This document shows, in pieces, positions 37,850 to 45,730 of a DNA stretch of 64,000 nucleotides. The DNA is taken from the IMG/VR virus record IMGVR_UViG_3300022752_000022, positions 64,001 to 128,000 of that record; one strand, given 5' to 3'. Every line of letters starts with the position of its first letter. The first letter of the stretch is position 1. The notes beneath the pieces are model-generated. The model made no database searches. It was not told where the DNA came from and was given only the letters and a program-made list of their open reading frames with translations. Position numbers and translations under genes: made by a program. The stretch comes from a virus.

Positions 37850-38473
37850 ATGATTACGATTGAGTGCCCGAAGTGTAAAAACATCTATGATGGCACTAAA
37901 ACTTATTTTCAAGCCACAAGACTAAATTCCGTTCTTAGAAACAAACGGAAGGTTTGTATATGTCTAAAATGCCTTGAAGACAAACCTTCAAATAAGAAAT
38001 GCCTTGAAGACAAATCTTCAAATAAGTCTAAATCTTTAAAATCTAAGAAATTGAAAACCTCAGATTTTCTTTTATCAGATGGTAATGTTATACAGATGCC
38101 GGATCATAGATTTCATTCAACAAATGTGTATCGACATTTAAATAGTTTTGATAAAGACTATAAAGATAGGGGCTTCATTTATGTCATAGGTCCCGAAGAC
38201 GGACCATTTAAAATAGGTATTACCAAAGATGTCAAAACTAGATTAAGAGAATTGCAGGTTGGATGTTGGTTTAAGATTAAAGTCCATTTTATATTAGAGT
38301 CTATTGACCCCAGACACACCGAAGAAATTGTTCATAGCTTTTTAAGTCAATATAGGCTAAACGGAGAATGGTTTAAATGTCCACTAAATGGAATAATTCA
38401 TACAATTGAAATGATATATGAAAAAATGTTAGTTATTTCTAGAAAAGATTTTTTAAGCTGTGTTTATGATTGA
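37850..38473 (+). CDS. GIY-YIG/T5orf172 (MUG113)-domain protein with N-terminal Cys motifs
   Basis: GFIYVIG...FKIGIT...RLRELQ.G...E..VH..L...RLNGEWF; CPKC and CLKC; 30-nt tandem duplication at 37967-38026. Confidence 0.75.
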   Translation: MITIECPKCKNIYDGTKTYFQATRLNSVLRNKRKVCICLKCLEDKPSNKKCLEDKSSNKSKSLKSKKLKTSDFLLSDGNVIQMPDHRFHSTNVYRHLNSFDKDYKDRGFIYVIGPEDGPFKIGITKDVKTRLRELQVGCWFKIKVHFILESIDPRHTEEIVHSFLSQYRLNGEWFKCPLNGIIHTIEMIYEKMLVISRKDFLSCVYD

Positions 38474-38499
38474 ATTAACCAACAGATACGGATCTCAAA

Positions 38500-38685
38500 A
38501 TGAACGAACGAATTCGAAAACTTGCTGAACAGGCTAAATTATATAATGGTTGGTTTTGTGGGCAAGGTAATATAGAAAAGTTCGCCGAGTTGATTGTTAA
38601 AGAATGTATTGCTAATTGCGATGACTTGAATAGCATGAAGTATATTGCTGATCACTTTGGCATCAAGATAGAGGGTTTGGAATGA
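38500..38685 (+). CDS. MNERI-family mini-protein, copy 1
   Basis: MNERIRKLAEQA...EKFAELIV...HFGI. Confidence 0.7.
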   Translation: MNERIRKLAEQAKLYNGWFCGQGNIEKFAELIVKECIANCDDLNSMKYIADHFGIKIEGLE

Positions 38686-38900
38686 ACGAACGAATTCAAG
38701 AACTTGCTGAACAATGTTGGGATCAGCGATTAGATGGTCGGCATTTCGATCAGGAAATGTTCGCCGAGTTAGTTGTTCAAGAATGCTTACTATCCCTAGA
38801 ACCAGATTTATATAGTAAAGAAATTGATTATGAGTTTGAACAAAGATTCTACAAACGTTGCAGAGACAAAATCATAAAACACTTCGGAGTTGAACAATGA
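38682..38900 (+). CDS. MNERI-family mini-protein, copy 2
   Basis: MNERIQELAEQC...EMFAELVV...HFGVEQ. Confidence 0.7.
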   Translation: MNERIQELAEQCWDQRLDGRHFDQEMFAELVVQECLLSLEPDLYSKEIDYEFEQRFYKRCRDKIIKHFGVEQ

Positions 38901-39160
38901 ATAGCCAAGAAATCAGTGATGCTGTGTATAACTACGCAATGAGTCGTAGCGACTTTACAGCACCTTATGGCGTATTACAAGGTGAGCATATCAATCGAAA
39001 AGGCACCAAGTTTAAGAGTGTGACTTTTGGTCGTGCTCGTACACTTGATGCTACAGTGGAAATCTATAATAGGAATTTTATGATTCTTCGGTGTAGTGGT
39101 GTTGCTAACCGAGTATATGAAAATTATGATGATTTAATGGTCGCATTGCGGGAGCTATAA
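38897..39160 (+). CDS. Unrelated hypothetical protein inserted in the MNERI array
   Basis: ATGA-coupled to copy 2; no family motifs. Confidence 0.6.
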   Translation: MNSQEISDAVYNYAMSRSDFTAPYGVLQGEHINRKGTKFKSVTFGRARTLDATVEIYNRNFMILRCSGVANRVYENYDDLMVALREL

Positions 39161-39162
39161 TG

Positions 39163-39387
39163 ATGAACGAACGAATTCGAAAACTTGCTGAACAGGCTAA
39201 ATTATATAATGGTTGGTTTTGTGGGCAAGGTAATATAGAAAAGTTCGCCGAGTTGATTTTGAAGGATGTATTCGACCGCTTCGGTGATGAAATTTTGAGC
39301 TTACACTATCTTAAACAGGAATGTTGCCAAGATTCGGTGCATTTGCTGAAATCAAAAATACAAGAACATTTCGGAGTTGAAGAATGA
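39163..39387 (+). CDS. MNERI-family mini-protein, copy 3
   Basis: First 96 nt identical to copy 1, then unrelated until HFGVEE. Confidence 0.7.
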   Translation: MNERIRKLAEQAKLYNGWFCGQGNIEKFAELILKDVFDRFGDEILSLHYLKQECCQDSVHLLKSKIQEHFGVEE

Positions 39388-39623
39388 ACGAACGAATTCG
39401 AGAACTTGCTGAACAGGCTTGGGACGAAACTAAAGAAGAGTTTGGCAGTTTTGTCGATGACAGTGGAGAAATAGATTTTACTTTCCTACATGCTTATACG
39501 GAGAAGTTCGCCGAGTTGATTGTGTTAGAGGTTTTGGCAGTACAGGAGAATCTCATCAGTAATGGTCATAATGCCTGGCATTTGCACAAACCTACGAAAA
39601 AACATTTCGGAATTAGATTATGA
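39384..39623 (+). CDS. MNERI-family mini-protein, copy 4
   Basis: MNERIRELAEQA...EKFAELIV...HFGI. Confidence 0.7.
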   Translation: MNERIRELAEQAWDETKEEFGSFVDDSGEIDFTFLHAYTEKFAELIVLEVLAVQENLISNGHNAWHLHKPTKKHFGIRL

Positions 39624-39829
39624 ACCAACGTATCCAAAAATTATTCCTTGAGGCACAGAAGTCTGTGCAGTTTCTCGCCAACTCCGAGGAATCCAAACAG
39701 CGTATTGTAATGGAACGATTCGCCGAGTTGATTGTTGATGAATGTGCCAATTGGATCAACGAAAATGTTGGAATGATAGATGAGGATGCTAGGGCTGATT
39801 TACATAAACATTTTGGAGTTGAAAAATGA
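39620..39829 (+). CDS. MNERI-family mini-protein, copy 5 (diverged)
   Basis: MNQRIQKL...ERFAELIV.EC...HFGVEK. Confidence 0.65.
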   Translation: MNQRIQKLFLEAQKSVQFLANSEESKQRIVMERFAELIVDECANWINENVGMIDEDARADLHKHFGVEK

Positions 39830-40035
39830 TGTGGAAAGCGAAACCAAATTTACTAAATGAGAATGATTCTCGGACCTTTGAGACTGAACAGGAAGCCATT
39901 TCATACTTAGAAAAACTGACTGGCCAGATGCTGGAGCGGGACTACCGGCGAGTCCGGAAGGCTGGGAAGATGGTTACCATCAAGGGAAAATCTGATTGGG
40001 AGCTGATTGGAAAACTCCAGCAGGTTGTTGCATAA
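39826..40035 (+). CDS. Hypothetical protein
   Basis: ATGA-coupled; its stop lies inside the next promoter box. Confidence 0.55.
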   Translation: MMWKAKPNLLNENDSRTFETEQEAISYLEKLTGQMLERDYRRVRKAGKMVTIKGKSDWELIGKLQQVVA

Positions 40036-40074
40036 AAACAACATGGTTGACACCGAGTTTGGTCCTGCTATACT
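40026..40074 (+). promoter_or_regulatory. Early promoter with box
   Basis: TGTTGCATAAAAACAACA-tgg-TTGACA-16 nt-TATACT. Confidence 0.85.
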
Positions 40075-40101
40075 AGAGCCATGGTGAACGAAAGGGGAAA
40101 A

Positions 40102-40269
40102 ATGATGAAAGTAGCAGAGCTGATAGCAGTGCTTCAAAAGATGGACCAGGATCTGGACGTGGAAATGGCAATGAACATGGAGTATCAGTGTCCGGTAAAG
40201 GCTGACATGGTGCAGGTTGTAGAGCACGATGGTTACCGTTATGTCTGCATAGACACGGATCATGAATAA
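40102..40269 (+). CDS. Early hypothetical protein
   Basis: AGGGG RBS; MKVAELIA.LQ..DQD..V motif. Confidence 0.55.
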   Translation: MMKVAELIAVLQKMDQDLDVEMAMNMEYQCPVKADMVQVVEHDGYRYVCIDTDHE

Positions 40270-40543
40270 GGACCAGAATATGGATAAGGCAATCTATGTG
40301 ATTGATGGTTTCGGTGAGTATGGGCTTGATGTTAATCATAGCCCAGGAGTTGGTGGCTACTATGTTAAATTGTACGATGGCTCTTATGATGCATCAGGCT
40401 TTTACAATGAAAAGGACGCACGAGAGGAGCTGGAATTCCTTGTTTCCATATCAAGCCACAGCGTCTGGCATCATGTAGATCGTAGCATTAAGGGTGATCC
40501 GCACTTCAATGCCGGCTTTGATAATTATCGAGATGTTGCATAA
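40262..40543 (+). CDS. Early hypothetical protein
   Basis: Overlapping operon context. Confidence 0.5.
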   Translation: MNKDQNMDKAIYVIDGFGEYGLDVNHSPGVGGYYVKLYDGSYDASGFYNEKDAREELEFLVSISSHSVWHHVDRSIKGDPHFNAGFDNYRDVA

Positions 40544-40582
40544 AAACAACACGCTTGACATTGGTCCGAGTCCTGTTATTAT
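40534..40582 (+). promoter_or_regulatory. Early promoter with box
   Basis: TGTTGCATAAAAACAACA-cgc-TTGACA-16 nt-TATTAT. Confidence 0.8.
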
Positions 40583-40612
40583 ATACCTGTGATGAACGAA
40601 AAAAAGGAGCGA

Positions 40613-40837
40613 ATGATGTGGAATCTTGAAGGAATGCATGTTACCGGTACTTATCTTGGTGGTGACTATACCGTTTCCGGCTATGTTGAGTCTAGCCGTG
40701 TTAAGTACGGTGGTGGTGTCCAGCACACCGTAATTCTGGATGAGCCAATCAAGTTTCGCTGGCGAGCTGAGCCTACCAGTCGGTTGTTGATTGACCATGA
40801 AAACGTGGTTTCCGTTCGGGACCATGCTGTTGCATAA
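40613..40837 (+). CDS. Early hypothetical protein
   Basis: AAGGAG RBS; WNLEG..V.G.YL...V.G.V..SRVKYGG.VQHTV.L. Confidence 0.6.
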   Translation: MMWNLEGMHVTGTYLGGDYTVSGYVESSRVKYGGGVQHTVILDEPIKFRWRAEPTSRLLIDHENVVSVRDHAVA

Positions 40838-40877
40838 AAACAACACGCTTGACTCTGGTCCAGGTCCCTGCTATACT
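40828..40877 (+). promoter_or_regulatory. Early promoter with box
   Basis: TGTTGCATAAAAACAACA-cgc-TTGACT-17 nt-TATACT. Confidence 0.85.
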
Positions 40878-40895
40878 GAATTCATGGTGAACGAA

Positions 40896-41078
40896 ATGGA
40901 TGATTTTGATATGTTGACACCCGAAGATTTGGCTGACTATGATCGCTGGAATGCTGAAGTTGAACTTGCGTACCGGCACTGGTTGACAGAATCCGATGAT
41001 GGTATTGCTTTGATTAATGAATGGGCCGCTGCTGCTGCACTGGCCGATGCCGCTGACATTGAAATGGAGAATGTATAA
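40896..41078 (+). CDS. Small acidic early protein
   Basis: First ORF after the promoter; coupled to the next gene. Confidence 0.45.
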   Translation: MDDFDMLTPEDLADYDRWNAEVELAYRHWLTESDDGIALINEWAAAAALADAADIEMENV

Positions 41079-41479
41079 TGGCTTATATGAACCAAGAGAA
41101 AAAAGCGAAGATTGCCGCACTGCTGAAGCCAGTCTTAGCTAAGTATGGTCTGAAAGGCAGCCTTGCAGTCCACAATCATTCCACGATCCGCCTCACGGTA
41201 AAGTCTGGTAAAATTGACTTCATTGAGAATTATCTCGAGGATGGCAAGTGTACGGACGAAGCCTTTGTTCGGAAGTACGGAACCCTTGATGTGAATCCCT
41301 ACTGGTTCCAGGATCACTTCACCGGCGATGCTAAAGCATTCCTGACTGAAGCATTCGCAGCACTAAAGGGTGCCGATTACTACGATGAATCCGACATCCA
41401 AACGGACTATTTTAACACCGCTTATTTCTTTGGTTTGCAAGTCGGCAAATGGTCCAAACCGTATGTGTTGACAGCTTGA
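41078..41479 (+). CDS. Conserved early hypothetical protein
   Basis: MAYMNQEKKAKIA, VNPYW..DHF, D.SDIQTDYF, G.W.KPY. Confidence 0.7.
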   Translation: MAYMNQEKKAKIAALLKPVLAKYGLKGSLAVHNHSTIRLTVKSGKIDFIENYLEDGKCTDEAFVRKYGTLDVNPYWFQDHFTGDAKAFLTEAFAALKGADYYDESDIQTDYFNTAYFFGLQVGKWSKPYVLTA

Positions 41480-41518
41480 TTTGGTTATGTTAAATTTTAA
41501 TTTGATTAGGAGATAATT

Positions 41519-42055
41519 ATGGCACGTACCGCTACCACTCGCATGTTTCACCGTCTTGTTCGGTTTCTTGCTGATAATCCGGGTATGAAGACTCTACCGG
41601 AGATTTCCGCTGGGTTGAACTATACTTATACTTATGTAATCGCACCAGACCTCTGGAGAGCAAAGCAATTCGGCGCTGATATCGTACCACACAAAAGTGG
41701 CCGGGAAGTGCTTGGATACGAACTCCTGAACGGTCCGGCTATGCTGACAGCACTGGTTGCATTTGATACCAGCACCGTCAAAACACCGAAGGTCAAGAAA
41801 AACGCTAAGGCTGCACTGGTTCCTTTGGCTACTCCAGCGACACCGGCGGCCGCAGTACCGGTCCCGGCACCGGCTAAGCCAAAAGCAGCGAAAGCTAAAC
41901 CTGCTAAGACTAAGCTGCCGAAGCCGGTAGAGATGGAATCCGACGAGATTTCGACGGTTTCAACGAAGCCAGTGGACATCCTGGACGAGATTGACATCGA
42001 CTTAGTGACATTTGAAGATCGGTCGTTTGCTGAAGATTATGTAAAGGCTTTGTGA
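41519..42055 (+). CDS. Putative DNA-binding protein with K/A/P-rich linker and acidic tail
   Basis: Possible N-terminal winged-helix layout; PAKPKAAKAKPAK linker; AGGAG RBS. Confidence 0.5.
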   Translation: MARTATTRMFHRLVRFLADNPGMKTLPEISAGLNYTYTYVIAPDLWRAKQFGADIVPHKSGREVLGYELLNGPAMLTALVAFDTSTVKTPKVKKNAKAALVPLATPATPAAAVPVPAPAKPKAAKAKPAKTKLPKPVEMESDEISTVSTKPVDILDEIDIDLVTFEDRSFAEDYVKAL

Positions 42056-42223
42056 CATCATGAACATCTCTGGCCTGATTCCTCTCATTTTAGAAGCATG
42101 GGGTTTAGGTTTGACGGGCGACAACGTTGTGAATTATGTTTGCGCCCGGTCTGGCTTTTGTAGTAAACTATCAAGAAATGAAATTGAAACCACAGTCCGC
42201 AATTTGATAAAGGAAATGTCTGA

Positions 42224-42625
42224 ATGAAACACTACGAGAGATTGAACTTACTTGAAACTGAAGTGATGCATATGCGAGAAAACTTAGCGATTTTTAAATC
42301 CGTTATGGAAGCGCACATGAACGATTTCGCAAAATCACAAACCGATGAAGGCTTAGCACTCTGGCGAATTCTCCAATTGATGAAAACAAACACTGAACAA
42401 ACTTATGATCTATTCTATGAATTGTTTGATGATATCAAAAAAGACTCACAAGAGCAAGAAGCTAAACAAACCAATCTTTATCCTGGATGGACTGTAAAAT
42501 TTCCTGAAGAACCATTGAAGCCATTGCCACCAGAGCAAATGGATCTATTTCAAGAAAATAACACAATGGCAGGAGATCATGTATGGAATCATATCGTTAC
42601 TGATATCAGGAATTCTTCGCAATGA
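42224..42625 (+). CDS. Hypothetical protein
   Basis: AAGGA RBS. Confidence 0.55.
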   Translation: MKHYERLNLLETEVMHMRENLAIFKSVMEAHMNDFAKSQTDEGLALWRILQLMKTNTEQTYDLFYELFDDIKKDSQEQEAKQTNLYPGWTVKFPEEPLKPLPPEQMDLFQENNTMAGDHVWNHIVTDIRNSSQ

Positions 42626-43272
42626 ACATCTTTTATCTTTCCGACAATCCCGAATCTGCTGCTAGGCAGCACTGTGATAAACATATTGTAAAAATGGTGA
42701 TTGAATATGCACAGTTGTTGTCTACGGCGCATCGGATGCTCGACGGAAAAGAATATATAGATGTTACTGCTAACAATCGTAAAATCAAACGATGGAGGAT
42801 GGGAGATGACAGAGAAGCGATTCTGTATAAAGCATCTCATATCAATCATCCTTCAGCAGTTTGGGTTCGGCAATCTGTATGGAATTATCGTTGGCTACAT
42901 GATTTGCTTACTTGTTGTCTTGATGAGTATACATTTCGTTATGAAAAGATCCACGTGATCCGAAGGTCAGGATTAGAAGAAGCATTATTTTTTAATCCTA
43001 TGAATGTTCCTAAAAGTGTATCATTCTTTGAACCGCCACCTGCAATGCCCGATGAATATAAAGTAAAAGGTAATGCTATCCAGTCGTATCGGGAGTACTA
43101 TATACATAGCAAGAGCCGATTTGCAAAATGGACTAAACGAATGGTCCCTCAATGGTATACTGAAGGAATTAATTTAAAGGTTAAACATGCCAACATATAC
43201 GTTTCAACACAAGACAACTGGAGAGATCATAGAACGGTTGATGAAAATCTCCGAGCAGAAGGATTGGCTTGA
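42622..43272 (+). CDS. Pyrimidine-dimer glycosylase (DenV-like) family protein
   Basis: MNIFYL...A..HCDKH.VKM..EYAQLLSTAH, NHPS..W, PP.AMP...YR.YY...W. Confidence 0.72.
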   Translation: MNIFYLSDNPESAARQHCDKHIVKMVIEYAQLLSTAHRMLDGKEYIDVTANNRKIKRWRMGDDREAILYKASHINHPSAVWVRQSVWNYRWLHDLLTCCLDEYTFRYEKIHVIRRSGLEEALFFNPMNVPKSVSFFEPPPAMPDEYKVKGNAIQSYREYYIHSKSRFAKWTKRMVPQWYTEGINLKVKHANIYVSTQDNWRDHRTVDENLRAEGLA

Positions 43273-43420
43273 TGCGAATCCTGATTTTGAAATAGCACAC
43301 TTGGGAATGACTTTAGGCGATCCTATTCGCTTAGGGTTGAGGAAGCCTGACGCTGGTTTCCGTGAAGTCTTACAGAAAGCAAAGGCTGCACATCCAAGAG
43401 GCAACATCAACACCTTCTAA
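43187..43420 (+). CDS. Small conserved protein (FmdB-like MPTY family)
   Basis: MPTY.F...TGE...KPD.GF.EVL. Confidence 0.6.
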   Translation: MPTYTFQHKTTGEIIERLMKISEQKDWLDANPDFEIAHLGMTLGDPIRLGLRKPDAGFREVLQKAKAAHPRGNINTF

Positions 43421-44100
43421 TGCGTAGCATCTATTTTGATCATGTAGGCGTTGACATTGATTACGAACTACAAACAAGACAAGTAGACGGGCGAAGATTT
43501 TATCTTACGCCTGAGGGCTATGCTTATCCGTCTGTTACAACAATTACATCGTTACATGGAAAAGAAGGGATTCTTGAATGGCGAAAACGTGTAGGTGAAG
43601 AAGAAGCAAATCGGATATCTACTCAAGCAGCAAGAAGAGGAACTCGCATTCATACCATATGTGAGAATTATCTGAAAAATGAAGAAGATTATATCAAAGG
43701 CCATATGCCATCATCTGTTGCATTGTTTAAGACTGTGCAACCAATTCTTGATGAACGGATCAATAATATTCATGCGATTGAAGTCCCACTATATTCTCAC
43801 CATCTAGAAGTTGCGGGCCGTGTAGACTGCATCGGTGAATTTGATGGTAAGTTATCTGTGATAGATTTCAAAACTTCAAGCAAACCAAAACAAGAAGATT
43901 GGATTGTCAACTATTTCATGCAATGCGCTGCATATGCTGTGATGTATGAAGAGCGTACCAAAATACCAGTTTCAAGACTTGCGGTTGTGATAGCAGTTGA
44001 AAATGATGAACCGCAAGTCTTTGTCAAAAAGCGGAATGATTACATCGAATTGTTTAGAGAATACAGGAAAAAATTTGAAGAGGCGACTCATACTTTTTAG
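43420..44100 (+). CDS. PD-(D/E)XK (Cas4/RecB-like) exonuclease
   Basis: YPSVTT, RGT.IH, AGRVDC, IDFKTS, Y..Q..AY. Confidence 0.85.
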   Translation: MRSIYFDHVGVDIDYELQTRQVDGRRFYLTPEGYAYPSVTTITSLHGKEGILEWRKRVGEEEANRISTQAARRGTRIHTICENYLKNEEDYIKGHMPSSVALFKTVQPILDERINNIHAIEVPLYSHHLEVAGRVDCIGEFDGKLSVIDFKTSSKPKQEDWIVNYFMQCAAYAVMYEERTKIPVSRLAVVIAVENDEPQVFVKKRNDYIELFREYRKKFEEATHTF

Positions 44101-44743
44101 TGGCGGTGTTGAAAGCACAGCACTTCTCACGATAGCAGATAAAAAAGATTTGTTATTGATATGTGGTGTACCTAGAAAAAATTACACATACGGGCTAGAT
44201 TATGCTAAGTGTAAAAAAATAGCATCTGTATACGGAAATGAAATTATGGAATTTGATTTTCCCAATCAAATTGATGGATCTAAATGGACGAATCAATTGA
44301 TGTGGTTTGTATTTACATCATATCTAATTGTAGCATCAAGAGATGATATCAATGAAGTTTGGTGGGGAATGCATTATAACGAATCCCATAGAAATTTTAA
44401 TCATCCGATAGAAAGAAAAAAAAATTTTGAAAGAATCATGACAGCATGGTATACACTTCATCCAACAATTAAGTTTTGGGCGCCATTAGAATTTGAAACA
44501 AAGACGCAACAATGGCAAAGAATACCAGACGATGTGAAAAAGTATGTGAGCTGGTGCAATACAAATAACGATTGTGGTGTATGTAGAAAGTGCTTAGAAT
44601 TTAAGAAATATTGTGGCGATATACCAAAGAACCGACCTATCTTTGTACCGCCAAAAAAAGAATTGAAAGAAGTCCAACAATATAGTGATAGTAACGGAAA
44701 GAAATTTCTTTCAAATTTTTTAAACATAAAGGGGAATGCATGA
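44075..44743 (+). CDS. QueC-like PP-loop ATPase
   Basis: ILFSGGVEST PP-loop and C-terminal C.....CGVCRKC Zn site; probable TTG start. Confidence 0.6.
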   Translation: MKRRLILFSGGVESTALLTIADKKDLLLICGVPRKNYTYGLDYAKCKKIASVYGNEIMEFDFPNQIDGSKWTNQLMWFVFTSYLIVASRDDINEVWWGMHYNESHRNFNHPIERKKNFERIMTAWYTLHPTIKFWAPLEFETKTQQWQRIPDDVKKYVSWCNTNNDCGVCRKCLEFKKYCGDIPKNRPIFVPPKKELKEVQQYSDSNGKKFLSNFLNIKGNA

Positions 44744-45093
44744 GTCAACAAATGGTTCACGATGTAGTAAGGTTTATTCAAGCGTGTGAGCAACTTCGCA
44801 CACCTAAAAATATAGAATTGTATGATAAACTAATTCATGAGGAATTTGAAGAATACATAGATGCAAAGAATGACGCAGAGAAATTGGATGCATGTATGGA
44901 CATGATTTGGGTGATTATTGGTTATTGTCATATGAAAGGTTGGAATGTAGAACGTGCATGGGAAGAAGTTGCAAGAAGTAATTTAGATAAGATTGATCCT
45001 GATACAGGATATGTTCTAAAAAATTCTGATGGTAAAGTGATGAAACCTAAGCATTGGAAAGCACCTGCACTTGAACAATTTGTTGAAGCATGA
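44740..45093 (+). CDS. MazG/PRA-PH-like NTP pyrophosphohydrolase
   Basis: LI.EEF.E...LDA..D...EV.RSN..K...DGKV.KP. Confidence 0.78.
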   Translation: MSQQMVHDVVRFIQACEQLRTPKNIELYDKLIHEEFEEYIDAKNDAEKLDACMDMIWVIIGYCHMKGWNVERAWEEVARSNLDKIDPDTGYVLKNSDGKVMKPKHWKAPALEQFVEA

Positions 45094-45112
45094 TATAATC
45101 ACTAAATAAAAT

Positions 45113-45462
45113 ATTGTTGTATGAAGTTGAAGGAAACATGTTGCGGACGGCGGTTCAAATCCGCCCAGGTCCACCAAAAGCATGGCAGCGAAAGACGCCT
45201 AACCAGCGACCCTACCTACAAGGGAGAATACGGTGAATGATCAATTGTTGTGGTGACGATTGTATGTGTTCACGCCGCAGTAGGATGCTTTTGATGGGCC
45301 TGTACTGGTTTCGACGGAGCAAAGAGTACGGAAATGGACAACACGACAGGCGAAGGACGTAATCCTAGCAAAACGTTAAACGCAAACGACGAAAGATTTG
45401 CATTAGCCGCCTAAACACGGCTTAGGGTTTCGGTGAGTTTCCTCGTAACAGAATAACTCACC
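45113..45462 (+). ncRNA. ssrA: Circularly permuted (two-piece) tmRNA with intervening segment
   Basis: The 3' acceptor piece (GGCGG-TTCAAAT-CCGCC-CAGGTCC-ACCA, ending 45176) precedes the 5' piece (GGGCCTG...GGTTTCGAC, from 45296). G3:U70 pair present. Tag ANDERFALAA* at 45382-45414. Outer ends approximate. Confidence 0.9.
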
Positions 45463-45493
45463 ACACACTCACACACATTTAAAGGAGACTATT

Positions 45494-45730
45494 ATGAGTG
45501 ATACGGCGTTTGGTATACGATTAGAAATTCTCAAAATGGCAAAAGATATAGTTGATCATGACTATTTTACAATGAGAGATTTTGAACAACAAATTTGGAA
45601 TACTAAAGCAGATGATGCTAGAGCAAAAGGCAAAGAAATACCACCATTTACTTTTACACCATATCCATCTGTTGATACTATCATAGCAAAAGCAAAAGAA
45701 CTTAATCGTTTTATTAGTGAAAGACAGTGA
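45494..45730 (+). CDS. Small conserved protein
   Basis: [10 protein letters not shown]...P.YP....II.KA..L..F; AAGGAG RBS. Confidence 0.65.
   Translation: MSDTAFGIRLEILKMAKDIVDHDYFTMRDFEQQIWNTKADDARAKGKEIPPFTFTPYPSVDTIIAKAKELNRFISERQ

Noticed and set aside
38500-39829. Diversity-generating retroelement (TR/VR pair) for the 96-nt duplicate
   Set aside because: The copies are identical rather than differing at adenines, and there is no reverse transcriptase in the window.
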